Below, piece after piece: positions 17,541 to 27,909 of a stretch of DNA of 64,000 nucleotides. The DNA is from Chlorobiota bacterium (GTDB lineage Bacteria; Bacteroidota; Ignavibacteria; OLB7). A model generated the notes under the pieces. That model was not told the DNA's origin. It saw only the letters and a list, made by a program, of their open reading frames with translations, and ran no database searches. The translations under genes were made by a program, and so were the position numbers. The stretch is from the NCBI GenBank assembly GCA_016788565.1, contig JAEUSP010000063.1, positions 71,919 through 135,918 on the forward strand. Direction: 5' to 3'. Position 1 is the first letter of the stretch. Every line of letters begins with the position of its first letter.

Positions 17541-20378
17541 TTACCGCAAATCCAATTTCCTCACCGCTGCTGGCTGCTGCGGGGCGGCGGTTGTTGTGCC
17601 GAATGGGCGAATTGGGAAACGGTGAAACGAAAATGCCCCAACCCCGCGCCGGTTGACTATCCAAGGCCCTTCGTAAACAACGGATGTTCCGGCATACGAC
17701 TGGTCAGGGATGTAGCTGATCCGTGCGCCGGGATAGGAAGCGTTTAAATTCACCAGCACGGTATCGCCCAGCACCTGAACCGAACGAACTGCCTGCACGG
17801 TGTCATTCAGCAGAAATGCGTCACTCATGGTGCGGATGCTTCCGCCGATGGTGGCATCTGGAGTAACCAGCAACCCATGCTGGGCATTGCTAAACACAAG
17901 CGCGATTTGGTTCGATTCAGGAGTGGTGAACAATGCTGCTCGGATATTCGGCGAGCCAATATCCACTGTGTCGGTGGCCCCCAAAAAATCGCGGGCGAAT
18001 AATCGGAATAATTGCACGCCAATGGTGTCGTAGCCGGCGGCGGCGTAGTGGCAGCCATCGTGGCCAACAACGCCCATTGGCGAGTAGGTGACAACATCCG
18101 GGAAGCTGTCGGAAAGTGTGCGCTGAAGCTCGCGTAGTTCGCGGTGCGGCCCGGCAGCGCACCCCGGGCGAATTTGCACCACATACAGCTTCGTCAGTTG
18201 CGGGTAATCCTCCAGCCAATCGTTCCGCAACGCACGGAAGTTTGTGGCATAGTTGTTCACCGTGTTCGACTCACCCTGATACCACATCATTGCCCGCGCG
18301 TGCGCTGCCAGCCCAGATTTTTTTACGCGGTAGAGCATACTGCCGTAGATGGTGGAAAGCGTCTGCGGCGCGGCATCATTCCGTTGGTGCTGCTCGATAG
18401 CCGTTCCCCCAACCCCTCCATTGATAACGCAAAGTGGAACACCAGTTTCCTCCACGTACAGCCGCGCCAGCCGCATTCCCCACGCGCCAATGTTCGGGCC
18501 ACCGCCGGACCCAACTCCGCTTGCTACGGCCCAGAGCGTGTCGCGCTGGTTCTGCGAGAAATTCAAACCGTACGTCCGGCAGAACTCACTTTGCCCGGCA
18601 CCCTGGCCGCCATGCCCAAAAATGGAGTTCGATTGGCCGCAGATCAGCAGCACATCCCCGCAAGTAATGCTGTCGCGTGTGGCGATTACGCTATCTCGAG
18701 CGGCACCTCCATTGCCAGCCGCACGCAGCCTGACGGTAAAATGATATTCGGCAAGGGCCGCGGCAATGCGGGGCGCAAACGCGAACGGCGCGCTTCCGGC
18801 GGCGTACTGCAATGGGGCTGATAATCGCTCCCAACTGCTGTCGGCACGGGCAACTTCAACCACAATCGAATCCCACCCAGCAACGCGAACTATGCCAGTA
18901 ATCGGCACACTTGCCAAATTATCGTCCCCCCGTGGGAACAGTTGAAGCGGTGCGGGAATTGCGGTGAATGTTGAGTCCGGTTTTGGGGGAGCGGGGGGGA
19001 TGGGAATGCCATATTTGCGGAAAAGATACTCCTCGGTTCGCGCCCGCTCGCTGGGGGAAAGCTCACGGCGGTAAAGGATCACTTCGGCAATATCCCCCAC
19101 CAGCACGTTCCCCCCCTGAAATGCTCCCAAGTAGATTATGGAATCCAAGTTTTGCGGAACAGTTGCGCTGTCGGCAGCGTGGCTGTTGATGAAGAACGCG
19201 ACCCTGCGGCGCGCATCCTGATAGGCCATCGTGACAACCGAAAATTCCCCTTGCTGCACCGGAATGGAAGCCACCGCCTGTGCGTTGAAATCGCCATGCA
19301 GCACTTTGGCGTACTCTGCCCCGCCAAACCAGTGGGCGTGGGTGATGCCGGAGACGACGTTGTTGTTTGCGTTCAGGTTGTTCAATCGCACCACAAACGT
19401 CAGGGTGTAATCGGAGCGAGTTGGGAAGACTGAGGTTGCTTGCATGAAATTTCCGGCCCCGGCGAACCGGACTGCGGGAAGGTTAAATCGGGCGTTTGGC
19501 AGCAACACTGGTTGCCACTGAGCCGAGTCTTGCCAGGCGGAATAATTATTTCCGCTGCAATCGTTCCAGCGCGTCACCTTGCCATCGGCGGCTGGGGTGG
19601 TGATGCCGCTATCAGCCTTCAGCCAAAGGAGTGGTTTTTCGGCAGGGGTGGAGTAGGGGAGTGGGACGGGAACGCGATACCGCGCTATCCAGCTTGATTG
19701 CAGGCCCGATACCTCCGTTGGTGTTAGCACACGATCAAAGATGACCGCCTCGGCAATATCGCCGGTTAAAAAATTGGCTTGAGCATAAGCCCCTAAGTAG
19801 ATTGCCGGATCGGTGTTTGCAGGAACTTGGGCTGTGTCGGCAGCAAAACCGTTGATGATGATTGTTGCCGTGCGGGATGATTCGGTGTAGGTCACCACCG
19901 CAACGTTCATTGCACTCGTCACGGCGATGGCAGCGGTTGCTTGCTGGCTGAAGTTTCCGCTGTGCAGCACTTTCAGATATGGCACCCCGCCGAAGTAGTG
20001 CGCACGGTTGTTCCCCGAGATCACGTTGTTTGAGGTCCCGTATGAGTTCACCCGAACAGCAAACGCCACGGTGTAATCGCTCCCAACCGGGAAGACGGCT
20101 GAAGCCGTCATGTACTGTGCCCCGTTGAACCGGATTGCTGGCTGGCCCCCAGCCACATTCTGGATACGCTGCGGTTGCCTTTCGGTTTGGTTCTGCACGG
20201 CATCGTTGTTGTTGCCGCTGATGTCCTTCCATCGGGCAACAGCCCCGCCAACAATCACCACCCCGCTATCGGCACGAAAATGGAGTAACGAGCCGCTGGG
20301 AACTTGAGCAAGAAGCTGGGCCGCAAGCCCCAGAAAAAAGCTAATCAGCAGAATGGAGAAGGTTGTGAATCGCTGCAT
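17541..20378 (-). CDS. Large secreted protein: 3x LamG/concanavalin-like lectin repeats plus a SASA (sialate O-acetylesterase-like, SGNH) domain
   Basis: A signal peptide. The LamG-like motif GDIAEAVIFDRVLTPTEV occurs three times. The SASA motifs LLICGQSNSIFG and MMWYQGESN are present. There is no T9SS C-terminal domain. Confidence 0.55.
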   Translation of the reverse strand: MQRFTTFSILLISFFLGLAAQLLAQVPSGSLLHFRADSGVVIVGGAVARWKDISGNNNDAVQNQTERQPQRIQNVAGGQPAIRFNGAQYMTASAVFPVGSDYTVAFAVRVNSYGTSNNVISGNNRAHYFGGVPYLKVLHSGNFSQQATAAIAVTSAMNVAVVTYTESSRTATIIINGFAADTAQVPANTDPAIYLGAYAQANFLTGDIAEAVIFDRVLTPTEVSGLQSSWIARYRVPVPLPYSTPAEKPLLWLKADSGITTPAADGKVTRWNDCSGNNYSAWQDSAQWQPVLLPNARFNLPAVRFAGAGNFMQATSVFPTRSDYTLTFVVRLNNLNANNNVVSGITHAHWFGGAEYAKVLHGDFNAQAVASIPVQQGEFSVVTMAYQDARRRVAFFINSHAADSATVPQNLDSIIYLGAFQGGNVLVGDIAEVILYRRELSPSERARTEEYLFRKYGIPIPPAPPKPDSTFTAIPAPLQLFPRGDDNLASVPITGIVRVAGWDSIVVEVARADSSWERLSAPLQYAAGSAPFAFAPRIAAALAEYHFTVRLRAAGNGGAARDSVIATRDSITCGDVLLICGQSNSIFGHGGQGAGQSEFCRTYGLNFSQNQRDTLWAVASGVGSGGGPNIGAWGMRLARLYVEETGVPLCVINGGVGGTAIEQHQRNDAAPQTLSTIYGSMLYRVKKSGLAAHARAMMWYQGESNTVNNYATNFRALRNDWLEDYPQLTKLYVVQIRPGCAAGPHRELRELQRTLSDSFPDVVTYSPMGVVGHDGCHYAAAGYDTIGVQLFRLFARDFLGATDTVDIGSPNIRAALFTTPESNQIALVFSNAQHGLLVTPDATIGGSIRTMSDAFLLNDTVQAVRSVQVLGDTVLVNLNASYPGARISYIPDQSYAGTSVVYEGPWIVNRRGVGAFSFHRFPIRPFGTTTAAPQQPAAVRKLDLR

Positions 20379-20542
20379 TGCGTTGGTAAGGCTGTTGCAT
20401 GTGTGTGTGTGTGCGCGGAGTTTCCGGCGGGGTTAGAAGATAGCCAGATACCAGAATCCGCAGCACAGATAGACCCATGCAAAAAAAACGCCCACCTTTC
20501 GGCGGGCGTCCTCTCTGTTCAACGCATCCAGGAGTTTCTTAC

Positions 20543-23500
20543 TCAGTTGGCCACCGTCAAGCCACGACTCACAGCCTCTCCTGTTGCCGTAGCCAAACGG
20601 TAGCGGTATGTCCCACCTGGAAGTTTGCTAACGCTGAAGCTCACTTCGTGTTCTCCAGCCGATTTAAATCCTTCATCAATCCGTGCCACTTCGCGGCCCA
20701 ACGCATCGAACAGCGTCAGGGTAACGGTTGTGGCTGTCGCAATCCGGTAGCTGATGCGTGCTTGGTTGGAAGCCGGGTTCGGCATCGCCTGCGACAGGCT
20801 GATTCCGCCAACACCATCAACCGATTCCACTCCGCTGGTTCCTGATTCACTGCTTCCTCCAATCCCGTTTGCCACCCCGCCCAAATTGATAATCTGCGCC
20901 CCGTTCACGCCGTTGCTGTTAATGGTCAAGGTGGCCGTCGAGGTCCCGCGGTTCAGCGGGCGGAAGGTCACTTGCAGGTACTCCGTTTGCCCAGGGGCAA
21001 GGGTAAGCCGTGGCAGGCGGCCCAGCGTGTAGTCGGTGGCGTTCGGGCCGGTGACGGTGGTTGCCCCAAGCTGTAGCGGAAGCGTGCCGTTGTTGGTAAT
21101 CATCACGCTGCGGCGTGCAATTTTCCCGACGGCAACCGAGACATCGTCGAACAAGGTTGCTGGCCCTGCGGTGATGGTGCGGCTTCCGGCCTCACCGTTC
21201 AGCAGAATTTCCAGCGTGTCGCCATTGTTGGAAATCAGCAGAAGGCTTGCTTCGCGTGGCCCCGGTTGGCTTCCGGCCGCGGGGGTGTGAATCACCGAGA
21301 AACGCATCTGATCCCCCGGCAAGAAATCGAACGGAAGCACTGGCCAGGGGGCGGTTGGGTTCATCCCAAACTCGGCGGCATCGGGGCCAACAATCACTGC
21401 GTTCACAATCGTGACCTTTTCGGTTGCGGTGTTTTCCACGGTTGCGTTGGCAACGGCGTTGTTTGCTGCTGGGCCATCAATCACCGATGGGCCAAGCGTC
21501 ACCTGTTGGGTGTTTAGCCCAATGGTTCCAACGCCAACCACATCCCAGTAGTATGCGCCGGTTTCCATGTTCGGCAGGTGGCGGGCGGAATCGTTGGTTT
21601 GCAGGTACAACCCAGCGCGGCGCGAGCCGGTGCGGATCGGAGTGAAGCGAACGGTGATGGTGGAAGAGCCACCAGCCGGGATGATGTAATCGTTGCTTTG
21701 CGGATCAACGGTTGCGTTGGCAAACGCGCTGATGATCTGGAAATCGCGAACGTCACCATCGGAAATCCGGAAATCATCCTTGCTGATGCGAAGGTCGCAC
21801 GCGCCGGAGTTCCACACCGTGATGGTGGATTCTTGGCTTTGGCGAAGCCGTGTTGGCTGGAACGACAGCGACTGCAATTCCGCGCCCTCGGCGTTGCTTG
21901 CCAACTGCGCCCCCAAGCCTTTCCCGAACATATCCACCGACACCAAACCGTCGGTTCCAACACCCTCGGCATTGGCTGATGCAAAATTCAGTGCGTTGGT
22001 GGGGATGAACAATCGCGCCAAGCGTTTGCCCGGGCGTTGCGGTGCAAAGTTGATGTAGAAGGTGCGCGATTCCCCCGGCTTCAACACCATCGGGAACTCC
22101 GTCAGTGCATTGCTGGCAACTGGGGCAGTGCCTGGGAAATCGGTGATGAAGTAATCGCTTGCCGAAATCGGTTGGTTGTTCTGGTCGCGAAGCAGTGGGT
22201 AGCGCGGAACCCCTTGCCCGTAGATGGAATCGGTGCGGAAGAAATCTGCCGAGCCGATTGTCAGCGTCTGGTTTCCAACGCTGCGGACAGTAATGGCAAT
22301 GGAGTTCGCCGAAACGCCGCTGCACTCGAACACTTTGCTGAACAACGATTCGCCCGAACCAAGGGGCGCGCCGTTGGCGGTGAACTCGCCACCGGCACCC
22401 ACAACGGTTGCTTCCAAGGTGAACGTCCGTTTCTCGCAATCTCCCTCAATCGTTAGGGTTGCCGTCTGTTTGCCAAAGCGGCGCGATACGAAGGTGATGG
22501 TTGGCGTGCTGGTCTCCCCATTCATCAGCGTCGCGCTTGCGGGGCTGATGCGGAACTGTCCGCTGGGGTCGTTCAGCGTGTAGGTCACGTCCACCGCAGC
22601 GGTTTTTTTCGGTTCATCGGATTTCATTTCCGCAAGCATAGTCAGCGGCGTAAAAGTCCGCTGTTGGCCGTAGGTGACAGATGGATTTCCCAACAGCGTT
22701 GCGCCGTTCGGCATTCCATCCACACCACCATCTTCCAAGTTGCCGATCCATTCCAAACGGGAAGCTCCGCTGGCTTCTAACTGGTAGGTTGCGGTAAATC
22801 CGTTTGGCCCAGTGATCGTAAGCGTTGCCGGGCGTGGCCCAGTGCAAGCGGGGGTGAACGTGATTGTTGGCTCGATCATATCATCCGGGCCAACGCCAAT
22901 CTCGGCTGGCTCCACGCTGTACTCGTCGGCATACTGGCCGGTGATTGCAAACCGCACAATTTGCTTGGTGCAGTTCGAAGCAAGGTACATCTGGAATGGG
23001 CGCAGCGAGCGGGAGGTAGTATTCGGGGTTTGGATATTGCTGAGCAGCTTATCACCATCGAACATCTCGGAGGTTCCACCTTCGTCGGGATTCCCAGCAA
23101 ACTTGTAGCCGCAAGGCTGTGGCTGGAAGGTGATAAGGGTGTTTTCGGAGATTGAGTTGCTGGCCAAATCCGTGGCTTGGGTTGAGCTGAAATCAACGTA
23201 AAACTCCCCTCCGCTGAAATAGCCGCTGGCAAAATTTCCGCCGTCGGCAGCCGCGCCGATTTTTGCGTAGGTGTTGGTCCACGTCGCCATGCTTCCGTAC
23301 CAAAACTCGATGGTGTTGGAGTATTCGTACAAGCGAACCTGGAAGTGGTAGGTGTTATCCTTCGATTCCCCTTCGTAGCGGTGAAAGGCTTCCCAATCAA
23401 CAACCAACACACGCCCTTGCTTGCCATCCACCACTTGGTAGCGGACGCCGTTGTTGATGGTGATAAGCTCATCCCAAAACGGAGCAATCACGGGATAGAT

Positions 23501-23848
23501 GTCGGTACCATCGAAGGTCTGCCAGCCGTAGGGGGTGACATCGCTACCACCCAACCCTAACAACCCGTTGGAGTTCACGGAGAATTGGGAGTACATCACG
23601 CCATCGAACTCGAAGTCGAACCCGAGATCAATCACCCCCGAGGTGGCATCGTAAGCATCGGGGTAGATGATCTGTTTCGCGTCGTCCATCGTGAACGGCT
23701 TGCCGCTTCCGGTGGAGTACTTGTAGTCGTATAAGGAAGCTGCCGAAGGAGCAGCCATTGCAATCCAGAGCAGCAGCAGCAGCGGAAGCCGCCGAACCGC
23801 ACCGCCGTATGCCGTGGCGCGGAAACATGGTAACAGTGGTTGTAGCAT
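20543..23848 (-). CDS. Giant cell-surface protein with multiple choice-of-anchor-D / HYDIN-like Ig repeats and a T9SS C-terminal sorting-domain-like tail
   Basis: The signal peptide is taken from MLQPLLPCF..RRLPLLLLLWIAMAAPSAAS (the ORF track extends to 24007). Repeats are of the FDDVSVAVGKIARRSVMITNNGTLPLQL type. The C-terminus ends ..LPGGTYRYRLATATGEAVSRGLTVAN. Confidence 0.55.
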   Translation of the reverse strand: MLQPLLPCFRATAYGGAVRRLPLLLLLWIAMAAPSAASLYDYKYSTGSGKPFTMDDAKQIIYPDAYDATSGVIDLGFDFEFDGVMYSQFSVNSNGLLGLGGSDVTPYGWQTFDGTDIYPVIAPFWDELITINNGVRYQVVDGKQGRVLVVDWEAFHRYEGESKDNTYHFQVRLYEYSNTIEFWYGSMATWTNTYAKIGAAADGGNFASGYFSGGEFYVDFSSTQATDLASNSISENTLITFQPQPCGYKFAGNPDEGGTSEMFDGDKLLSNIQTPNTTSRSLRPFQMYLASNCTKQIVRFAITGQYADEYSVEPAEIGVGPDDMIEPTITFTPACTGPRPATLTITGPNGFTATYQLEASGASRLEWIGNLEDGGVDGMPNGATLLGNPSVTYGQQRTFTPLTMLAEMKSDEPKKTAAVDVTYTLNDPSGQFRISPASATLMNGETSTPTITFVSRRFGKQTATLTIEGDCEKRTFTLEATVVGAGGEFTANGAPLGSGESLFSKVFECSGVSANSIAITVRSVGNQTLTIGSADFFRTDSIYGQGVPRYPLLRDQNNQPISASDYFITDFPGTAPVASNALTEFPMVLKPGESRTFYINFAPQRPGKRLARLFIPTNALNFASANAEGVGTDGLVSVDMFGKGLGAQLASNAEGAELQSLSFQPTRLRQSQESTITVWNSGACDLRISKDDFRISDGDVRDFQIISAFANATVDPQSNDYIIPAGGSSTITVRFTPIRTGSRRAGLYLQTNDSARHLPNMETGAYYWDVVGVGTIGLNTQQVTLGPSVIDGPAANNAVANATVENTATEKVTIVNAVIVGPDAAEFGMNPTAPWPVLPFDFLPGDQMRFSVIHTPAAGSQPGPREASLLLISNNGDTLEILLNGEAGSRTITAGPATLFDDVSVAVGKIARRSVMITNNGTLPLQLGATTVTGPNATDYTLGRLPRLTLAPGQTEYLQVTFRPLNRGTSTATLTINSNGVNGAQIINLGGVANGIGGSSESGTSGVESVDGVGGISLSQAMPNPASNQARISYRIATATTVTLTLFDALGREVARIDEGFKSAGEHEVSFSVSKLPGGTYRYRLATATGEAVSRGLTVAN

Positions 23849-24310
23849 AGTTGTGATTCCGATTAATCGTGTAACGTTGGCATGGCGGCATAGCTGCCGC
23901 ATGGGAATGTGCCGAACAAGGCATCCCAAATGATACTTTTTGCGTGGATTGAAATGGATGAAGTGTGGTACATCCGGCAAAGGCGCGTGGCAGAGAGGTA
24001 TCAGCACGCCATGGGGGGAAGCACAGACTTCATGCAGGGAATGGCTCCCTGCCTATGATTGTGTTTTTGCTTACAAGAGCACAAGAAGCGTGAGCTGCGT
24101 ATTGCTGCGTTTGGTAGCTTCGTGTCGTCATCGCGAACACCAGCATAACGGATCAGCGTAGGCAAACATCACACTCGCCAGAATTGTTCGCGCATCGGTT
24201 GGCGATATTTCTCGGCCTTGATATATAAAAGAACCTTTGAGGTGGGCAAAGGTCACACTCAAGAAGGTTAATTTCTGTTCATCTGTCCACGTACTCACTT
24301 CGCAACAGCG

Positions 24311-24754
24311 ATGCCAATGAAACGAGTTTCAACAACACACACCATCGCCGCACTGCTGATCTCCCTGTTTATTGGGGCTTGCGGTTCATCTCAATCCACA
24401 ATCACGCCAGCGGGAAAACCACCATTCGATGGCGTTCAATCGGTGCGGACCGAGCTGTACTTCGGAATGCGAAAACGGGACAACGGAGTGGTGGGGCTGC
24501 GCGATTGGCGCAAGTTTCTGGATAGCCTTATCACCCCACGATTTCCCAGCGGACTAACCGTGATTGATGCCAACGGCCAATACCAAATGGCCAATGGAAC
24601 CATCAAGCCGGAAATGACCAAAGTTGTTCTGCTACTCCACGACGACACCCCCGCGCAAAGCAACGCCATTGACTCCATCCGAAAGGAGTATTGCGCCATG
24701 TACGACCAGGAGTCGGTGTTGCGCGTAAGCCAGTACGTGACGGTTTCTTTTTGA
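24311..24754 (+). CDS. Small hypothetical lipoprotein
   Basis: A signal peptide plus lipobox (LLISLFIGACGSS). 147 aa. No catalytic motif recognised. Confidence 0.5.
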   Translation: MPMKRVSTTHTIAALLISLFIGACGSSQSTITPAGKPPFDGVQSVRTELYFGMRKRDNGVVGLRDWRKFLDSLITPRFPSGLTVIDANGQYQMANGTIKPEMTKVVLLLHDDTPAQSNAIDSIRKEYCAMYDQESVLRVSQYVTVSF

Positions 24755-24771
24755 TTTTTCAGCCCGCTTTC

Positions 24772-25758
24772 ATGCCGATTTTTCCATCAACGTTTCGCCC
24801 TCCATTGCTCCTCTCCGAAGGGCATCTGCAGACTATCCTTCCAACGTTGCTTCGCCGTGTAACCGGGGTGAAGTATCGCCGCCAGCGTATCGCCACACCC
24901 GATGATGATTTCCTTGATCTTGACTGGGCAACCGTTGGCAGCAACCGGCTGGTGATACTTCAGCACGGGCTGGAAGGGAACAGCACACGCCCATATATTT
25001 TGGGAATGGTTCGCGCTTTTAATGCCGCCGGGTGGGATGCGCTGGCGTGGAATTTCCGTGGGTGCAGCGGCCAGTTGAACCGCCAACTTCGGTTCTATCA
25101 CAGCGGAGCCACCGATGACCTTCACACCGTTATCGCCCACGTGGTGGCGCAACAAACCCACACGCAGATTGGATTGGTGGGATTCAGTTTGGGGGGGAAT
25201 GTGACGCTGAAATATCTGGGGGAGCAGGGGAGGGATACCTTCCCCGAACTTGTTGGTGCCGCCACCTTTTCCGTCCCGTGCGACCTTGCCGGAAGCGCGG
25301 CGCGGCTGGCCGAACCCGCCAACCGCATTTACATGAAACGCTTCATTGACTCGCTGCGAAACAAGGTGCGCCAGAAGATGCAGGCAATGCCCGGAATGCT
25401 GGAAGATCACGGCCTGGATCAAATGCGAACCTTTGCCGAATTTGACGACCGCTACACCGCGCCGCTGCACGGGTTCCGCAACGCCGACGATTACTGGAGC
25501 CGTTGCAGCAGCCGCCAGTTTATCCCGCACATCCAGCTTCCAACACTCCTTGTCAACGCTGCCAACGATCCTTTTTTAAGCCGCTCCTGTTTTCCCCTTC
25601 CTGAAGCAACAGCAAGCAGAACGGTTACTCTCGAGGTTCCTGCCTCAGGGGGGCATGTGGGGTTTATGGGGCTGGGGGGCACCTACTGGTCCGAGCGCCG
25701 AGCGGTGAGTTTTTTGGGGGAGCTTCTGCTTCAGCAACCAGCGGCTGCCCCTTTGTAA
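24772..25758 (+). CDS. YheT-type alpha/beta-fold hydrolase
   Basis: The N-terminus FRPPLLLSEGHLQTILPTLLRR matches the YheT-family start (FxPPxWLxNGHLQT). The nucleophile elbow GFSLGGN is present. Confidence 0.7.
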   Translation: MPIFPSTFRPPLLLSEGHLQTILPTLLRRVTGVKYRRQRIATPDDDFLDLDWATVGSNRLVILQHGLEGNSTRPYILGMVRAFNAAGWDALAWNFRGCSGQLNRQLRFYHSGATDDLHTVIAHVVAQQTHTQIGLVGFSLGGNVTLKYLGEQGRDTFPELVGAATFSVPCDLAGSAARLAEPANRIYMKRFIDSLRNKVRQKMQAMPGMLEDHGLDQMRTFAEFDDRYTAPLHGFRNADDYWSRCSSRQFIPHIQLPTLLVNAANDPFLSRSCFPLPEATASRTVTLEVPASGGHVGFMGLGGTYWSERRAVSFLGELLLQQPAAAPL

Positions 25759-25864
25759 CGCCCTGCTAACCGCCGAAGTGTGGGGGGGCGTTTTGCGTAG
25801 TTTTGCCCCACGTTATTCAATTCGGTCAAGGGGTAGAACTCAGTTCATAATCGCAGGAGCAATC

Positions 25865-26413
25865 ATGTTGGATAGGAACCACACAATGCTGGTTGTTGTT
25901 GATGTCCAGGAGCGAATGATGCCGGTCATCCACCAGGGAGATCAGGTGATTCAGGAAGTTGTTCGGTTGGTGAAGGGATGCCGTGCGTTGGGCTTGCCGA
26001 TCCTTGTCACCGAGCAATATCCACAAGGGCTTGGGGCCACCGTGCCGGAGGTGAAGGAGGCGTTGGGGGAGTGGTATCGCCCTGTGGAAAAGATGACGTT
26101 CTCGGCAGAAGGGAACCTGCGATTCATGCAGCAGTTGGAAGCTGCCGGAAAATCCAAAGTGCTGGTGTGCGGTGTCGAGACTCACATCTGCGTCTATCAA
26201 ACCGCACGCGACCTTCGGAATTTTGGGCATGATGTTGACGTTGTGGCCGATGCCGTTTCTTCGCGGCGGGAAGCCAGCCACACAATCGCCCTGCAACGGC
26301 TAACACGCCACGGCGTTGAACTGACAACCGTTGAGCTGGCACTGTTCGATATGCTGGAAAGTGCCGACACCAAAGAGTTCAAAACCATTTCCGCGATTGT
26401 CAAACCACTGTAG
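25865..26413 (+). CDS. Isochorismatase-family (cysteine) hydrolase
   Basis: MLVVVDVQERMMP ... GLPILVTEQYP ... VLVCGVETHICVYQTARDL is the isochorismatase-like fold signature (catalytic Cys in VCGVETHIC). Confidence 0.75.
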   Translation: MLDRNHTMLVVVDVQERMMPVIHQGDQVIQEVVRLVKGCRALGLPILVTEQYPQGLGATVPEVKEALGEWYRPVEKMTFSAEGNLRFMQQLEAAGKSKVLVCGVETHICVYQTARDLRNFGHDVDVVADAVSSRREASHTIALQRLTRHGVELTTVELALFDMLESADTKEFKTISAIVKPL

Positions 26414-26444
26414 AATAACCTGCTGAACCGAACCTCTCACTTTT

Positions 26445-26966
26445 ATGGTCTCTCCAAAACTTATCCTTGGTCTTATCATCCTGTTGGTTGTTGGTGGCGC
26501 GGGAATGCTGGTGGCGCAGTGGTGGATTGCCGGCGGAATTGTGCTGGCACTTGGCGTTGGTCTCTACTATTTCTGGTGGCGGATGAATCAACTGCTGCAA
26601 GTCACTAACTCACTGCAACGCCAGGACTGGGACGACGCACGCAAACGGCTTGGCGCAATCCGTTCCCCCGAAAAACTGAACCCATATTCCCGAACCTACT
26701 ACTACTTCTTCCAGGGGATTGTGGAGACGCAAGGGCAGAACTGGAAAGCCGCACGGCAAGGTTTCAAAACCGCGCTGGATACCGGATACTTCCGCTCGGT
26801 TGATGAAAAAGCAACCGCGCTGATGTACATGGCACAGTTAGATATGCGTGGCCGCAACACCGAAGGGGCGCGCCGCTACCTTCGCGAAGCCCGCGAGCTT
26901 GACCCCAGCGACCCAATCCGCGAGCAGATTAACATGATTGTGAAGCAATCACGAATCCGGCTGTAA
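26445..26966 (+). CDS. Membrane-anchored TPR-like repeat protein of unknown function
   Basis: Two N-terminal TM helices, then a helical-repeat region (..ARQGFKTALDTGYFRSVDEKATALMYMAQLDMRGRNTEGARRYLREARELDP). Confidence 0.45.
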   Translation: MVSPKLILGLIILLVVGGAGMLVAQWWIAGGIVLALGVGLYYFWWRMNQLLQVTNSLQRQDWDDARKRLGAIRSPEKLNPYSRTYYYFFQGIVETQGQNWKAARQGFKTALDTGYFRSVDEKATALMYMAQLDMRGRNTEGARRYLREARELDPSDPIREQINMIVKQSRIRL

Positions 26967-27000
26967 AAGCGGAAGGGGAAGAACCCAACATCATAGATTC

Positions 27001-27048
27001 CAAAAAACCTTCATATTGACCTTATGTGGTCAGTATGAAGGTTTTTTT
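27001..27048. terminator. Bidirectional rho-independent terminator
   Basis: aaaaaa-ccttcatattgacc-ttatgt-ggtcagtatgaagg-ttttttt. The stem is about 14 bp with one mismatch, with flanking A and T tracts. Confidence 0.7.
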
Positions 27049-27200
27049 GTGATAGATATACTCCAACGAAAGTGGTTTGCGACAAAACCCGCGCTGTCAT
27101 TCCCAGTTTACCCCGACCAGTCGGGGCGAAAGCGGGAGCCATAGGCCTGCGAAGCGCATCCATGCTGTCTATTTCCGCAAACCACTTTGTTCGGAGTAAA
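27049..27200. mobile_element. MITE-like repeat, diverged copy 3 (152 bp)
   Basis: TIRs tatactccaacgaaagtggtttgcg / cgcaaaccactttgttcggagtaaa. The central hairpin motif ..gtcattcc..cgaaagcgggag is interrupted by a 23-bp secondary hairpin (cagtttaccccgaccagtcgggg). Confidence 0.6.
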
Positions 27201-27203
27201 CAA

Positions 27204-27716
27204 TCAGGATTCTGTTGTGGTATCGAAAGGGATAGTTAGCCGAACTCGAAGATTAGGGCTGTTGAACTCCGGAGCGTTATGGTTAAGTAGTCGGATGTTC
27301 CAGCCAATTGCCCCATGGATGTATAGAAACCCAATGGGAATTTCGCCAGTTCCAATTTCTGGACGAATGTAGAAACAACTATTGGCAGAAAAATTTGTGT
27401 AGTATCCAGCATTGATTCCCATTCCAAACAATCCCTCTCCCCAAAGCGAAGCCTCAAAGGCATACATGGTTGTATCACCAAGCTCTATTCGGCTGGTAAG
27501 GGCATAGCTACGGCTTGCCCACCAACCCATATGTGGTAAATCGTAGTACCCATACGTGAAACTCCCTACACCAATTTCAATAGCTGAGTGGTTAAGTCCA
27601 TGCAAGCCAGCATGGGCAGCGATCCCCTGAGTTTTTATCTTATGGATATGGGTAAACATACAGCCAGAAAAAATTGGCAGTAGTAGGCACAAAAGGTAGG
27701 AGTTCTTTTTTCTCAT
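27204..27716 (-). CDS. Hypothetical lipoprotein with reduced GC, flanked by MITE copies
   Basis: MRKKNSYLLCLLLPIFSGC lipobox. Gly/Tyr/Trp-rich beta-type composition. Local GC is clearly lower than the surroundings. Confidence 0.45.
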   Translation of the reverse strand: MRKKNSYLLCLLLPIFSGCMFTHIHKIKTQGIAAHAGLHGLNHSAIEIGVGSFTYGYYDLPHMGWWASRSYALTSRIELGDTTMYAFEASLWGEGLFGMGINAGYYTNFSANSCFYIRPEIGTGEIPIGFLYIHGAIGWNIRLLNHNAPEFNSPNLRVRLTIPFDTTTES

Positions 27717-27842
27717 CTGAAACCTTGTTAGAACATTTTGGATGATTTCTGCAACCGTACAGAATCACCGCCGTGTTGGGTTTGTATGTTGTGACTTCAA
27801 TATGGCCAGGAGAAACAGGGAGTGCAGTGCGAAAGCACTCAT

Positions 27843-27898
27843 ATATTCGGAGCAAATTGGTTTGCGAAATTCTACTTTGTTCGGAGTAAAAACATCAT
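27843..27898. mobile_element. MITE-like repeat, minimal or solo-TIR copy 4 (about 56 bp)
   Basis: tatattcggagcaaattggtttgcgaaa (compare the reverse complement of the copy-1 right TIR) joined to tttgttcggagtaaa (compare the copy-3 right end). Confidence 0.45.
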
Positions 27899-27909
27899 CA
27901 CTTTCCTTT

